Assembly: GCF_030144855.1 (NCBI RefSeq)
Contig: NC_082720.1
Coordinates: 65,596,001 to 65,660,000 of the forward strand
Length of the DNA: 64,000 nucleotides
From: Hypanus sabinus
Taxonomy: Eukaryota
Direction of reading: 5' to 3'
The position numbers and the translations under genes were made by a program. Each line of letters opens with the position of its first letter. Position 1 is the stretch's first letter. The notes beneath the pieces were generated by a model. It was not told the origin of the DNA, did no database searches, and saw only the letters and a list, made by a program, of their open reading frames with translations. Below are positions 25,251-37,700 of this stretch, piece by piece.

Positions 25251-26439
25251 GCTGGTGAGGTTTACCTTATAGACATGACCGCCAAATTTACCACGACGAT
25301 TACCCATCTTTTTCAGTTTTAAATCTTACCTAACATATGTTAATATATTGCCGCGCCCCAGTGGACCCCTTGTATAATCAGCTGATTATGACAGCGAACA
25401 TCTGGAACCCAAAAAGGATCAATTTTATTCTAATGCAATTTTAAATTTCAAAAGAAGGGTTCTCTGCCCCTTCTCCAAGTTTCCGTCTTGTTCTTACCCA
25501 AACTCAGGAACGCTGGTCACCGGCCGGTAAGGGGGAACCTTGTCTGACAGTCCCAGTCCCCGGTCTTGAATTCTGTCTTTCAGGGTTATCTGACGGCGAG
25601 CTTGCCTCGTACAATCCCGATCTCCAATCCCGTATTTTTTTTAGGGTTATTCCCTTTCGAGCGGCCAATTTATCGGCCAGGGATACCCTGTATCCCGTAT
25701 GAAGGGATCCCAACCCCGTCGCTAATAACGTCAGGGCAAATCAAATAACATTTAGACTGAAATATTGGCTGTAGAATAATTCAAAACAACACTCAGACAC
25801 AGATATTCGATTGTCTTTTATTTCCGTGGCCACGTGAGAATCGTCTCTCAGAGAGCGGCGATTCTGAACTATATAGTCCATAATGCTCCGTTTTAAGACA
25901 GCTACAGACTTCAAGTCAAGGTTTCCTGATAAGGTAAAAAGATGTAACAACCCAAGCATTTGTGAGACTGAATAAAAGTAGCTTTTCACAACAAGCCATG
26001 CCGCTGAGGAAGGATGGTTAGCAATTAGCGACTTGCTGGTATGTTTTAATAATACTTGGTTTTCCACACTCCCTTTTATTTTATCGACATTGTCTATTGC
26101 CTTCTACTAGAACATTCAGCAGTCACACGTTATCATTAACCCTCTCAGTTCCCTCACACTCATTCATCATCAACTTTGATATGGTCCATATCAGCAAACT
26201 GGTATATGGTATTGGAGCTGTCACAGGTGTAAAGCGAGTGGAGTCGGGGGCAAATAGTTGTTATTGGTGATTGTGAAACTTTTTGTTCTTGCAAAAACTA
26301 CTCAGGTTCATTATATATTCACACTCAGCCTTGACTATGTACTGTATGATTCACAGTAACGTGACTAATACCGAAGTGGACTCGCATTCAATTCGAACAA
26401 TTCAGGGTGGGCATCAAATACGACCTCATCAGTGACACC

Positions 26440-26955
26440 CGTAAACACTCAGTATCAGTGTGGCCTTCTGCGGCTTTAGCCCATCCACTTCAAGTTCCAA
26501 TTTATTGTACATTCAGAGAAGCTCTTCTACCCATCACTGTTGTAACACGTGGCTATTACTGTCGCCTTCCAGTCAGCTTCAACCAGTCTGGCTGTTTTCC
26601 GCAGACTTCTCGCACTATCAAGGCATTTTCACCCACGGTACTGCTTCTCATTGGATTTTTTTTTTGTTTTTCACACCATTCCTTATATATTATAGAGGCT
26701 GCAATGCATGAATATGTCAGGATATCAGCAGTTTATCAGATACTCAATCTGCCAGATCTGGCAGCAACAATTATTTCACTGTCAAAGTCACTTAGTTCCT
26801 GCTTCTCAATCCAAAGCTGTGCTTCTTCCCCATTCTGGCGTTTGATCTGAACATCTTTACCAGGTCTGCATGCATTGAGCTGCTGCCACATGACTGGCTG
26901 ATTAGATATTTCCACTAATGAGCTGGTGTACAGGTGTACCTAAGTAGACACTGGG
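26440..26955. mobile_element. Tc1/mariner-like non-autonomous DNA transposon
   Basis: Homologous to 4400-4745, with CACTCAGT.. and ..ACACTGGGTG terminal-like sequences. Confidence 0.5.
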
Positions 26956-27123
26956 TGCATAAACAACGCACTTAAATTCAGGAATAATTTGCTAAGCTGC
27001 GTAACTCACATGAAGATTTCTAGAGTGAAACTCAGTGGGCTGACTTGTTCTGGCTGTGGGTTTGGCTCGGTTCCTGCTGCTCCGTCTAAAGCTGCATTTC
27101 ATTTCTTACAGGAAACCCACAAA

Positions 27124-27211
27124 ATGTGGCTGAGGTTTCACTGCAGAAGTTTCCCAGCGGCTTCGATGTTTAATATCTTTGTTTTACTTCTTAATCCTGT
27201 TTCCACTCAAA
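27124..27211 (+). CDS. Ig-superfamily (CD4/LAG-3-like) gene, signal-peptide exon
   Basis: Acceptor TTTCTTACAG|G at 27111/2, ATG at 27124, MWLRFHCRSFPAASMFNIFVLLLNPVSTQ plus 1 nt, then a perfect donor A|GTAAGT. Phase 1 fits the next exon. Confidence 0.8.
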
Positions 27212-27818
27212 GTAAGTGATTTTTCTTTGCCGATCACAATCACATTGTTTTATTATTGTCAATGTAAACTCGCTAACCCGTGTCAAATTCACATTCCTCT
27301 CTTGAGTGCCTGAACGTGCTGCTGTCTCACAATCCATCTTATTATTAACGGAGCTCCATTTCTGAGCTCCTCCCACCAGGACTCTTCTCTTCTGCACCAA
27401 CACAATTCCTACCACAGTTAGAAATGTCATCCAGTGGACATGTTGCAGGGGGAAACTCTTCACCTTTATCCTGCCCAAACTGTCTGCAGCCTTTAATATA
27501 GTTGGCAGCAATATCTCCCAACAACTCTCCACCACAGTCCAGCCGGGTGGAACTGCTCTCATCTTGCCAATCCATTTGCACCTTGAGACTCACCCATAAT
27601 TTCTTCACTTTACCTCCCGTACAGTTTCCCCTGGCTCCCTCTGAATACCAATCCTGGTACCCTCCTATTTTCCACCCTCTTTGATGACATGAACAGAAAA
27701 CTGATTCTTGCTTCCACTAGTCAACTGTTGACACCACCTCAATATCACCAAACCCTACCTCAAATCAGCGACTGTCTCCACATTGCATGTGGGGTGCCCA
27801 ATATTGGATAAGCAAATA

Positions 27819-27821
27819 ATA

Positions 27822-27898
<77 letters not shown>
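27819..27898. repeat. (CA)n microsatellite
   Basis: About 80-bp CA run. Confidence 0.99.
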
Positions 27899-27900
<2 letters not shown>

Positions 27901-29269
27901 CAACATAATGATAACTGAAACCATTGTTTTCAGCCACACCACAAAGTCGGGGGTGGGGGTGTGGTGGGCATTGGGGGAGCATGTAGAGAACTGCATTCAC
28001 AACTATAAATGGTCAATCGGTTATAGATATGGAGAGGACTGAATTTGGGGCAAATTGCTAAATCAGTGAAATATTAATTAGAGCAGCATTATGCAGGAGC
28101 TGGAGAAAGTTACTTGGGAGCAGCAGTTATTGGGTAAGTCCATATCAGACATGTCAGAAGTGGTTAAAGACCAACGTCTTATGTTTTTGTGAGAGAAAAA
28201 AAGTTGAGGAAGGCTAGGTTAGGAAATATTAGGTGACAAGATATTTCAAATTTAGACATAAAAAGAAAGTAAGAATATGTGAGCTGAAATTAGACTGGGC
28301 CTTTAAGGGATATAAAGGAAGCAGTAGTGGACTTAAACAGGAAAGCAAAAAGGCCAAATGACTCCATGAAATGCCCTTTGTATATGGGATTATAGAGAAT
28401 TGCAAGGACTTTTACACCAACACTAAAATCAATAGAGTTACTGGAAGGAAAGTACCACCATTCAGCGACAAAGAAGGAAACATTTACCTGGAGCCTTTGG
28501 AAATGTACTTTACTTGGAGTACAGAATGGCATTTTGGTCTGTAACAAAATGGAACCAGTATTGTACCAGAGTGCTTTGGTAATTGTGTTTGTGCAACATT
28601 CTGCTAAAGAACAATGAGTATTTGACAAATTGCAGAAAGGCAAGCAGATGTATTATTGGAAGAATGCCAAGTAAACTGATTAAGCAGACGTACAGATTTG
28701 AACTCTTCCTGGAAAAGATGTACAGTTGCTAACACTTATGTATAAAGAAGTGACTATGCTGTCTGTTTTTCTTAAAGCTATTATCGGCTCTTGTGAAGTC
28801 CAAGTCTTCCCTTGCTGCAAATATAATAAATGCACTTATGATTGATCAACTCTGAACATTGTATCAGTATTCACGGTGGAGAAGGATTGAAGGAAACTGA
28901 GATCAGGGAAGAATTTGCTGATATTCACAGGCAAGACAGGTTCAGTTCCTTCTGGAGCTTTAAGGTAGATGATGCCCCTGGACCTGCTGGGTTCTTTCCC
29001 AAGTTATTGAAGGAGGCAAAAAAGCAGATTTTTGGATCCTTGATTAAGATCTCATTACCCTTGTTAGCTGCACAAAGTCATAGAAATTCTGGTAAGCTGA
29101 CTGCACATTCCTATGCAGTAGTCCCTCAAAGGCCAAGTAAAGGATTTTTTTAATATTTGAAACGCGTGTATTTTTATTATCAAAAGACTATACTGAACTT
29201 CAAGACTTCTTCAATTAGTGTTCAAAATCACCTTCATTCTCTCATTGTTGCAGCAAGAGGTTACCATCT

Positions 29270-32200
29270 GCTTGAAAAGAGTAACAATCATATCAATGTC
29301 CAAGAAGAGCAGGGTGAGAGGCCTCAGTGATTATCACCCTGTGGTACTCTCATCTACTGTGATGAAGTGCTTTGAGAGGTTGGTCAACTTCTGTGTCCAT
29401 CACAATCATGTCCTCAGTTCTAACCGTCAATTTCCAAAACTTGGTATTCTGTATCTTCTTCTGCAAGTGGATCCTTGATTTCCTCAGTGGGGGACGACTG
29501 TCTATAGAGATCAGAAATAATAACTCCTCTTCACTGACAATCAACACTGGAGTACCTCAAGGATGTGTATTTAATGAACTGCTCTACTCTCTCTACACCC
29601 ATGATTGTGTGGCAAGGCACAGGTGAAACTCTATATCTAAACTTGCCAATGACAAAGCAATTGTAGGCAGAACTTCATATGGTAATGAGGAGGTTTAATG
29701 GAATGAGATACGTCAATTGGCTGCAGCTACAACCTTGCACTCAACATCAGTAAGCTCAAGAAATTTATTGTGGATGTCAGGAAGGAGAAGTTAATGGAAC
29801 ACATACCAGCCCTCATCGAGGAATCTGCAATGGAAAATGTGGACTGTTTCAAGTTCCTGGGTGTCAGCATCTCTGAGGATTTATCCGGGGTCCAACGTAT
29901 TGATGCAATTACAAAGAAGGCATAACAGTGGCAATATTTCATTCAGAGTTTGAAGGGAATTGGTATGTCACCAAAGACACTCCAGTTTAAGATGGCACTG
30001 GTGTATCTCTGCGACTTCTGGCTGGTGACTTACGAAGAAATGAAAGTAACTAACTACTTTGTTAACCATTCTTTTTCTGTCAAATGATCATCACACAGCA
30101 GCAACTCCACTTTCTAAGAAGATTGAGGGAAGCAAGGCTCTCACCTCACCCCATCCCATTTTAACTGCATTTTACAGCACTATTGAGAGTGTCCTGACAA
30201 GCTACATCTCGATCTGGTATAGGACCAGTCAAGAATTGGACCTGAAGTCCCTGCAAAGGACTGTGAGTTCAGCTGAGAGGATCATATGGGTCTACCTACA
30301 TTATCGGAGAGCTGCATACGCAGGACTTTTATTATTATTAGGATCCACTATCCTCATTGACTTTCTACCATCAGGGAGGAGACTATGATGCATAAAAACA
30401 AGAACTATCACTATGTTTGTTCACCCAGGCCATCCAGCTTCTGAACTCCTGGCTGCATCACAGTCGATGTGTTACTGGTTAATCTGTTCTATTTAACATG
30501 AATGCACTTTAGTTTGTTATTTTGATTCATCTGTAGATTTCATTTCTACCTTCATAAGTTGTCGTGTGTTATGTGCTTTACACCTTGGTTCAAAGAAAAT
30601 TCCTATTTCTATATACATTATATACGTTATATACATGTATGTAGTTAAATGACAATAAACTTCACTTGACTTGAACTTACGTTTGGACTTGGTGGCAAAG
30701 TGATGTAGCAGATCTGAGGCAAGATGAGTCGGTGGGTCCATCACTGAGATCGTGGAAGAGCATGAGAGACCAGGCACAGGCTGAATCGAAGCTGTGGGGT
30801 CCAGGCTCCATACTCGAGTGAGTACAATGTACAGATGGAGATTCACAGGCTGAATTGAACCAGCAAAGTCCAGTGTATCCAAATGGCAAAACCTGTTGTT
30901 CGGATGGATGTTTAAGCACTGGGCCAGATTGGAAAGGGCAAGGTGTCGAGGCCCAAGGTGAGGTTCGCTTCAGGTCGCTGCTCAAAGTGGCAAAACCTGA
31001 CGTTCGATTGGAGAGTTAAGCACCAGGCCAGATTGCAAAGGTCAGGATGTCGGGGCCTGAGGCCAGGCATGGTCAATTAAGTTCACTGCTCCATAACGTT
31101 TACCTGGCTCTGCGCTGAATAATGGGACTGTCTTGTGGACTTCAGTTCAGAAACACTATTTGCTTGTGGTTATTGTTTGTATGATGTTTCTTTTTCATTG
31201 CACATTGTGTGTTCGACAGTCCTCTTATGGGATATTTTATTCTTTTATTTTCTTATGGACATAATGTGTTTTTATTCTCTGCATATTGGGTGTTAGACAG
31301 TCTTTTTTTCATATAAATGAGGCTTGGTTTTGGGTTTCTTTGTTTCATAACTGCCTGTTAGGAGACGAATCGCTAGGTTGTATAACTTATACATACTTTG
31401 ATAATAAATGTAGTTTGAAGTTTGAACTTTTGAACACTCACAAAATTTATGTAGATGTATGATGGAGAGCATTCTAAAGAGTCATGTCACTGCCTGGTAT
31501 GGGGCGGCCAGTGCTCTGGATAGGAAAAAGCTGCGGAATGTTGTAAACTCATACCACTGCCCAAGAAGAGCAGGGTGAGCTGCCTCAACAACTATTGCCC
31601 ACTGGCACTCTCATCTACTGTGATGAAGCACTTTGAGAGATTGTTCATTGCTACAATCAATCTTGGTGTTCAACATAATCATATCCTCAGTACTAATCAG
31701 CAATCTGCAAAACGTGGGCTTCTAGACCTCCCTCTGCAACTGGATTCTTGACTTCCTCACCAGGGGGACCACAGTCGGAACTAACATTTTCTCCTGACTG
31801 ACAATTAACACTGGCACACCTCAAGGAAGCATGCTTTTCCCAATGCTCTACTCTCTCTATACCCATAATTGTATGACTAGGCACAATTCAACACCATCTC
31901 TAAATTTGCCAATGACACAACTATTGTTGGCAGAATTTCAGATGTTGACGAGGATACGTACAGGAGTGAGATAGAGGTTGAGTTGTGTTACTGCAAAAAG
32001 CCTTGCATTCAATATTAGTAAGACCAAGGAACTGATTTTGGACTTCAAGAAGGGGAAGTCGGAGAAATCTGCAGTGGGAAGACTGCTTTGCTTCAATTTA
32101 CGGGCTGTCAACATCCCTGAGGATTTATCCTGGGCACAAAATATTGATGAATTTACAAAGAAGTCACAACAGTGGCTATATTTTGTGAGAAGTTTGAGGA

Positions 32201-32700
32201 GATTTGGTCTGTCACCAAATACACTCACCAATATCTACAAATGTACTGTGGACAGCATTCTGACTGATGGCATCAACGTCTAGTATGGATGGGCCACAGC
32301 AAAGGATCAGAAAAAGCGGCAAAATGTTGTGAAATCGGTCACCTCCATCATGGCCACTAGTCTCCCCAGCGTCCAAGACACCTTGAAAAGGCAATGCCTC
32401 AGGAAAGTAGCACTCATCATTAAGGACCCCATCACTCAGAAGGTGCTCTCTTCTCATTGTTACCACCATGGAGGAGGTACAGGAGCCTGATGACACACAT
32501 TGTTTCGGTAACAGCTTTTTCCCCTCTGCCATCATATTCCTGAATGGACAATGAACCCATGAACACTACCTCAGTATTTTCCATCTGTGTCTGCATGACT
32601 TGTTTAATTTAATTTTATATATACCTATTGTAATTTATTGTTTTTATTATTATGTATTGCAATGTACTGCAGCCACAACATATGCCAGTGATATTAAACC
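29270..32700 (+). mobile_element. Cluster of Rex1/Babar-like LINE fragments
   Basis: Repeated motifs DYHPVVLSSTVMKCFERL, INTGVPQGCV, NISKTKELILDF and QQWLYFVRSLRRFG, with several 3' tails. Confidence 0.85.
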
Positions 32701-33313
32701 TGATTTTGATTCTGAATACATACACAAAATGTCACTCTAAAGACTCTTTGGTGTACTGATTAATAGAAGGATGCAAGTCCATATCTTCTTTGAAGTGCAG
32801 CACATGTAGATAGGAATGGTAATAAAGCCAGACAGCATGATTGCCTGGGATATTCAGTATAAAAGATAGCAGGTCAGCTGTATAGCTCTTTGTTTGGGCC
32901 ACATTTGGAGTATCGTGAGCACTTCTGGTGACCACATTCCAGGAAGGATAAAGGAGCAAGTTATTCTGTCTCAGGTCTTTCCTAACAAGGTTTAGAGATA
33001 CAGTGTGTACAGTATCTGCCTGATCCCCACACGTCTCCAGAAATCCTGTCACAGGACAGAGCAGGTGGAGACCCAGCACAACCACCTCCCACCTCAGTCT
33101 GTCTTCCACTCACTCCTCTCCTGTCATGAAATATCTCAGGATTCAGCTAGGTTGTTTCAGACAGACATTTTCACAGTCTGTGTCTGCCTCACTAAAGACT
33201 CTGCAGAAGTTAAAAAAAGAATGGAAATAATGAACTTCAACATTAATGACCTACATGGGATGAAGGAAATGTGCCTTAAATATTCTTTCACCTGTTGTTT
33301 CTCTTTCCAACAG

Positions 33314-33655
33314 AAAACAGAAATCAGAATTATTTCTTGGATCAGAGAGACAATATTCTGTTGAAAGGACCAGACAATCCTGGGAATGGCACTGTTGTCT
33401 GGGAATGGAAACCACACTCTGGGCAGCACACCCACCAGCTGGGGAATTTCACCAGAGAAAATTCAGGAAAGTGGACTGAATATTGGAATAACGACAGGAT
33501 AAGCAGAGACTTGTACCAGAAACTGAGACTGGGTTCTGGTAATGTTAATCTGATAATTCAAAGACCCAATATTAAATTTGCGGGATTTTTCACCTTAACC
33601 CGAATACAGCCGACAAAGCAAATCCTGAAACAATATGAATTATTTGGAATCAAAG
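33314..33655 (+). CDS. Ig-superfamily gene exon D1 (V-like, lacks canonical cysteines)
   Basis: CCAACAG| acceptor and G|GTGAG donor, 342 nt, phase 1-1, open. Sequence NYFLDQRDNILLKGPDNPGNGTVVWEWK..GNVNLIIQRPNIKFAGFFTL..YELFGIK. Confidence 0.88.
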
Positions 33656-33849
33656 GTGAGTGGATCAGACAAGGATCTCCATTAGTCTGAAAATATTTTT
33701 CAGTAAGATGAAGGATTGTGAAAATTGAGAGATTTCATTCATCCAGTGAAGAGTGAATCTTCCATTAAAAAATAGATAGGGGGAAGATTCTTGACTCAAG
33801 CAAATAGTGTTTGATTATTTTACCAGAAAAAGCAAGGAAAGGAAGCAAC

Positions 33850-34170
33850 AAACACAAATTGCTGGAGAAACTCATCAAGTTGGGCAGCATCTAGAAAAAG
33901 AAATGAACTGTTTATGTTCCAGACCGAGACCCTTCACAAGAACTGGAAAGGGAAAGGGCAGATGCCAGAATAAAAGAGATGGGTAGAGGGAGGAGCAACA
34001 GCTGGTGGATGTTAAGTGACTCCATGTGAAGGAGGACAATAGGTATGTGAGGGAGGGAGGGAATGATTTGAGAAGCTGGACTGTGATAGGTGGAAGGTGC
34101 AAAGGGCTGAAGTAGATGGAAGCTGAGAGGAGAGGACTATGAAGCATGGAATAAGAGGGAGGATATGAGA
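33850..34170 (-). mobile_element. Penelope-like element remnant
   Basis: CACAAATTGCTGGAGAAACTCA..GCAGCATCT terminal motif and purine-rich tract, as at 7085-7640. Confidence 0.5.
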
Positions 34171-34211
34171 AATGAGCGAAAAAAGTGTGTGGAATGTGCA
34201 TTTTGGAGAGG

Positions 34212-34498
34212 CTGTTGAGGGTAAAGAGACTGGGAAGGGCCCTGTTGTCTGGGAATGGAAACCAACTCATGGCAGGACATCTGGAAGCTGGGGCCTTTCC
34301 AAAGAACAGACAGGGCCTGGTAGAACAAGGTGTCACACTAGAGAAGCAGACACTTGTACCAGCAGATGGATCTGGATTCAGGCACCATTAATCTGAGAAT
34401 TAGAAAACACCCACTTGAACTTGCAGGATTGTCCACTTTGATTCAAACACAGCTGAGGAAACAAATTCAGAAATAATACGAAAACCTTGAGAGTAAAA
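34212..34498 (+). pseudogene. Decayed tandem copy of the D1 exon
   Basis: CTGTTGTCTGGGAATGGAAACCA is identical to D1. Encodes GPVVWEWKP, then frameshifted HLYQQMDLDSGTINLRIRKHPLELAGLSTLIQTQLRKQIQK* (TAA at 34474). Donor GTGAGT at 34499. Confidence 0.88.
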
Positions 34499-34708
34499 GT
34501 GAGTGCGCCAGACAGGGATCAATAACATGTTTCTATGCAAATAATTAGAGTAAATCTCCCATAAAAACAACTGAGAGAAAAAGCATTTGTTCTAACATAA
34601 AATGGTTTGACAACTTTCTGCAAGAACAGGAAGCCAAGGAATCTACCCCACTGTGAGTAACAGGGTCTGTTTGCTGGACATAAGATAGACTGAACTGTGT
34701 TATGAAAC

Positions 34709-37700
34709 TGTTAGGAGACACACCCAACTATGCCAGCTTCTGGGTTTAGACTCTTTAACTCCATAGAGAATGGAGAGCTGGTCTGGCTCCTTTATGGGTT
34801 CAAGAGCATCCCGCTAATAAGCAATCATGTTTTGGGTGCCAAGAATTGGGTTCAGAAGAATTCATGGCCACCATGAGGAAGGTGTTCTATCAGTCTGCCA
34901 GATGCAGCTGAGCCTTTGACCACCCAATGAAGATTCAACAGGGTGAATGGTCAGGCAAATTACACGATTGGATTTCGGACTTTGGCCCAGGAAAGTAGTT
35001 GGAATAGGGAGACTTTGACTATGCTATACTGCCACAGGCTACAAGATGAACTGAAGGATGCCCTTGCTTTGGGAGAGTGAACAGAGTGCTTAGAGGTTTT
35101 GGCCAACCAGTCCTTTCATCTTGATAATCGCCTGGTAGAACAACACTGGGACAACTTCAGGAGGTTGAAGAGTGCCAGTCCAAGCCTGGTCCTAATGCAT
35201 CACTATTCCACTATCCAAACTCGGACTATGACCAGCCCGTCTCCTGCTCAAGATCCTGCTGAGCCCATGCAGGTCAGCTGCACTAGACTCTCTGCAGATG
35301 AGAGGTCCCAGCTTCGGAATCAAGGTAGCTGCTTTCACCACGGGGAAGAAGGTCACTTGCAGACTGAGTGTCCCAGGCTGCAGGAGAACTGCTAAGACCA
35401 TACATTGTTGGGAGGACTGTGACAATGGCAGCACTGTGCCAAATCCCATGGATTCTGGTTTCATGCTGAAGGTTGAGTTCAACTGGGGTAAGAGCTCGAA
35501 TGCTTTTATAGACTCTAGGGCAGCGGATAATTTTCTGGACTTAGAACCACCTGTTGGCATGGCATACTGCTGTAAGAGTTGAGCCACTCCATGCCCACAA
35601 CTGTCTTGGATTGCCACCTGCTAAGTTTCAGGCTAATCCAGCAGCAGATTGTGGTCTTGCAGATGAGGATAGGGGATCATGTAGAATACAATGGTTTTTA
35701 CATTATTGACACTTCAATCACATCCCTGATCTCCGATACCCTTGGTTATCCCAACAGAACACATCCATGGACTGGAGGGAGGGAGAATCATTTCATAATC
35801 CAGTAAATGTAAGAGTGCTTGTTTGCGGTGTAGTGTTCCGACCCCCAGATGGTTTGAAATCAGCAACCAACAAGGCGGCAGCCTTCAGTTCATGGTAACC
35901 TGACGCCTTCTGGAGATCTAGACCTGTCCTGCCCTGTCTAGTCAGGGACACACAAGAACTAGAGACAGGGAATCTCCTGTTCAGTGGAAGACCAAGGAGA
36001 TGCCCAGGCAGTCTGAAAAACTTGTAGCTATATCAGCCACCAGGTCTTGGGGAAAGGAAAGACTTCTCTACGCAGATCCTTGAAGCTTATTCCCAGCCTT
36101 GCTGTCATTCCCTGAGGATACAGATGGGGATTTGGACTCTGATTTGGCCAGTGTTTCTATGAATGACTTTTGTGAACCAATGTTGGGAACTCTGAGGTCT
36201 GTACCTCTTAAGAAGCCTCAGGAGTCATCCTCGAAGGCAGGTCGGGAGGATATTGCAACACCCATGCTGGTTGAAATCCCTTCCATCTATAAGGACTTTG
36301 ATGGTGTCTTCAGCAAGGAAAAGGCCTACAACCTTCTACTGCACCAACCATATGACTGTGCTATGGACCAACTGCACAGTACTTATCCTCCGCAGGGTGG
36401 ATTGTATGTGCTCTCTGTCCCAGAGAGATGTACAATGTTAGAGTATATAAAGGAGGCTCTTTCTATGGGCTTCATTTGGCCTTCCAGCTGACCAGCTGGT
36501 GCAGGCTTCTTCTTCTTACAAAAAAAAAGTTGGGTGTCTGTGGCCATGCATTGATTAAAGGGAGTTAAATTGCATAATGGCCAAGAATCATTACTCCTTC
36601 CCCTCATGAATCTGGCTTTCAAGATGCTCCAAGGGGCAAGAGTATTCATGAAGCTAGACCTGCAGAGTGCAGACAATCTGGTTCCCATTAAGGAGGGTGA
36701 ATGAATCAAAAACCACATTCAATGCACTGATGGGGACCATAAGTACCTGGTTATTCTCTTGAGTCTCCTACAGTACTTCAGGCATATATCAATGACATAC
36801 TCCAGGATACTCTCCATCAGAATGCCTTCATCCTCTTGGATGAACATAGAGCATAGAACACAGAGATCTACTACACATTACAGGCCTTTTGGCCCACAAT
36901 ATTGTGCAGACCCTGTAACCTACTCTAGAAAGTGCCTAGATTTCCCTCGCACATAGCCCTCTATTTTCCTATGTCCCTATCTCAGAGGTGTCTTAAAAGA
37001 CCCTATTGTATTCACTTCCACCACCTCTGCTGGCAATGCATTCCATGCACCCGCCATCTGTGTGATAAACCTACCCCTGACATTCCCATCGGTACCTATT
37101 TCCAAGCACCTCAAAACTATATCCCCTCGTGGTAGCCATTTCAGCTCTGGGAAAAAGCCTCTGGCTATCCACATGATCAATCCTCCTCATCATCTTATAC
37201 ACCTCTATCAGGCCACCTCTCATCCTCTGTCGCTCCAAGAAATAAAGGCCAAGTTCACTCAACCTGTTCTCATAAGGTATGTCCTCAGATCCAGGGAACA
37301 TCATTGTAACTCTCCTCTGCACTCTATAGTATCCACTATAGGTGATATCCTAAGCTTCTTAAAGTCCATGGAGGGGCACGTTGCTCATGTCATAGATATC
37401 TTAAGAAGCTTTCAGACCATGGAATTTATGTTAAGCTAGAGAAGTTCAAATTTCAGGCCATTTCATTTTTTGATTTCATCATCTCCAATGGTAATCTGAA
37501 AATGGACGCTTGCAAGACCCAGACAGTCTGAGGCTGGCCACAATCATCTAGTATCAAACAAGTCCAATGTTTCCTGCTGTTTGGAAACTTTTACCAGAAG
37601 TTCATCAGGAACTTCAGCTCAGTGGCAGTTCCGCTGATGGCACAAAGAAATCCATGGGCCCTTTTGTCTGGACTACAGCTGTTCACATCAGCTCCCATCA

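Larger units (their letters stand above)
19001..26068 (-). mobile_element. Decayed endogenous retrovirus (class I / epsilon-like pol, gamma-type env): LTR-PBS-gag-pro-pol-env
   Basis: LTR at about 25729-26068 (TATA-like CTATATAG, AATAAA). PBS-like TAGCGACGGGGTTGGGAT at 25707-25724 (15/18 to a recalled tRNA-Ser 3' end). Motifs: CCHC knuckles, LVDSGAT protease, RT SAFFSIP..WTRLPQG and YTDD, integrase tail KGSFQVLLVTRTALKL, and env. Confidence 0.95.
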
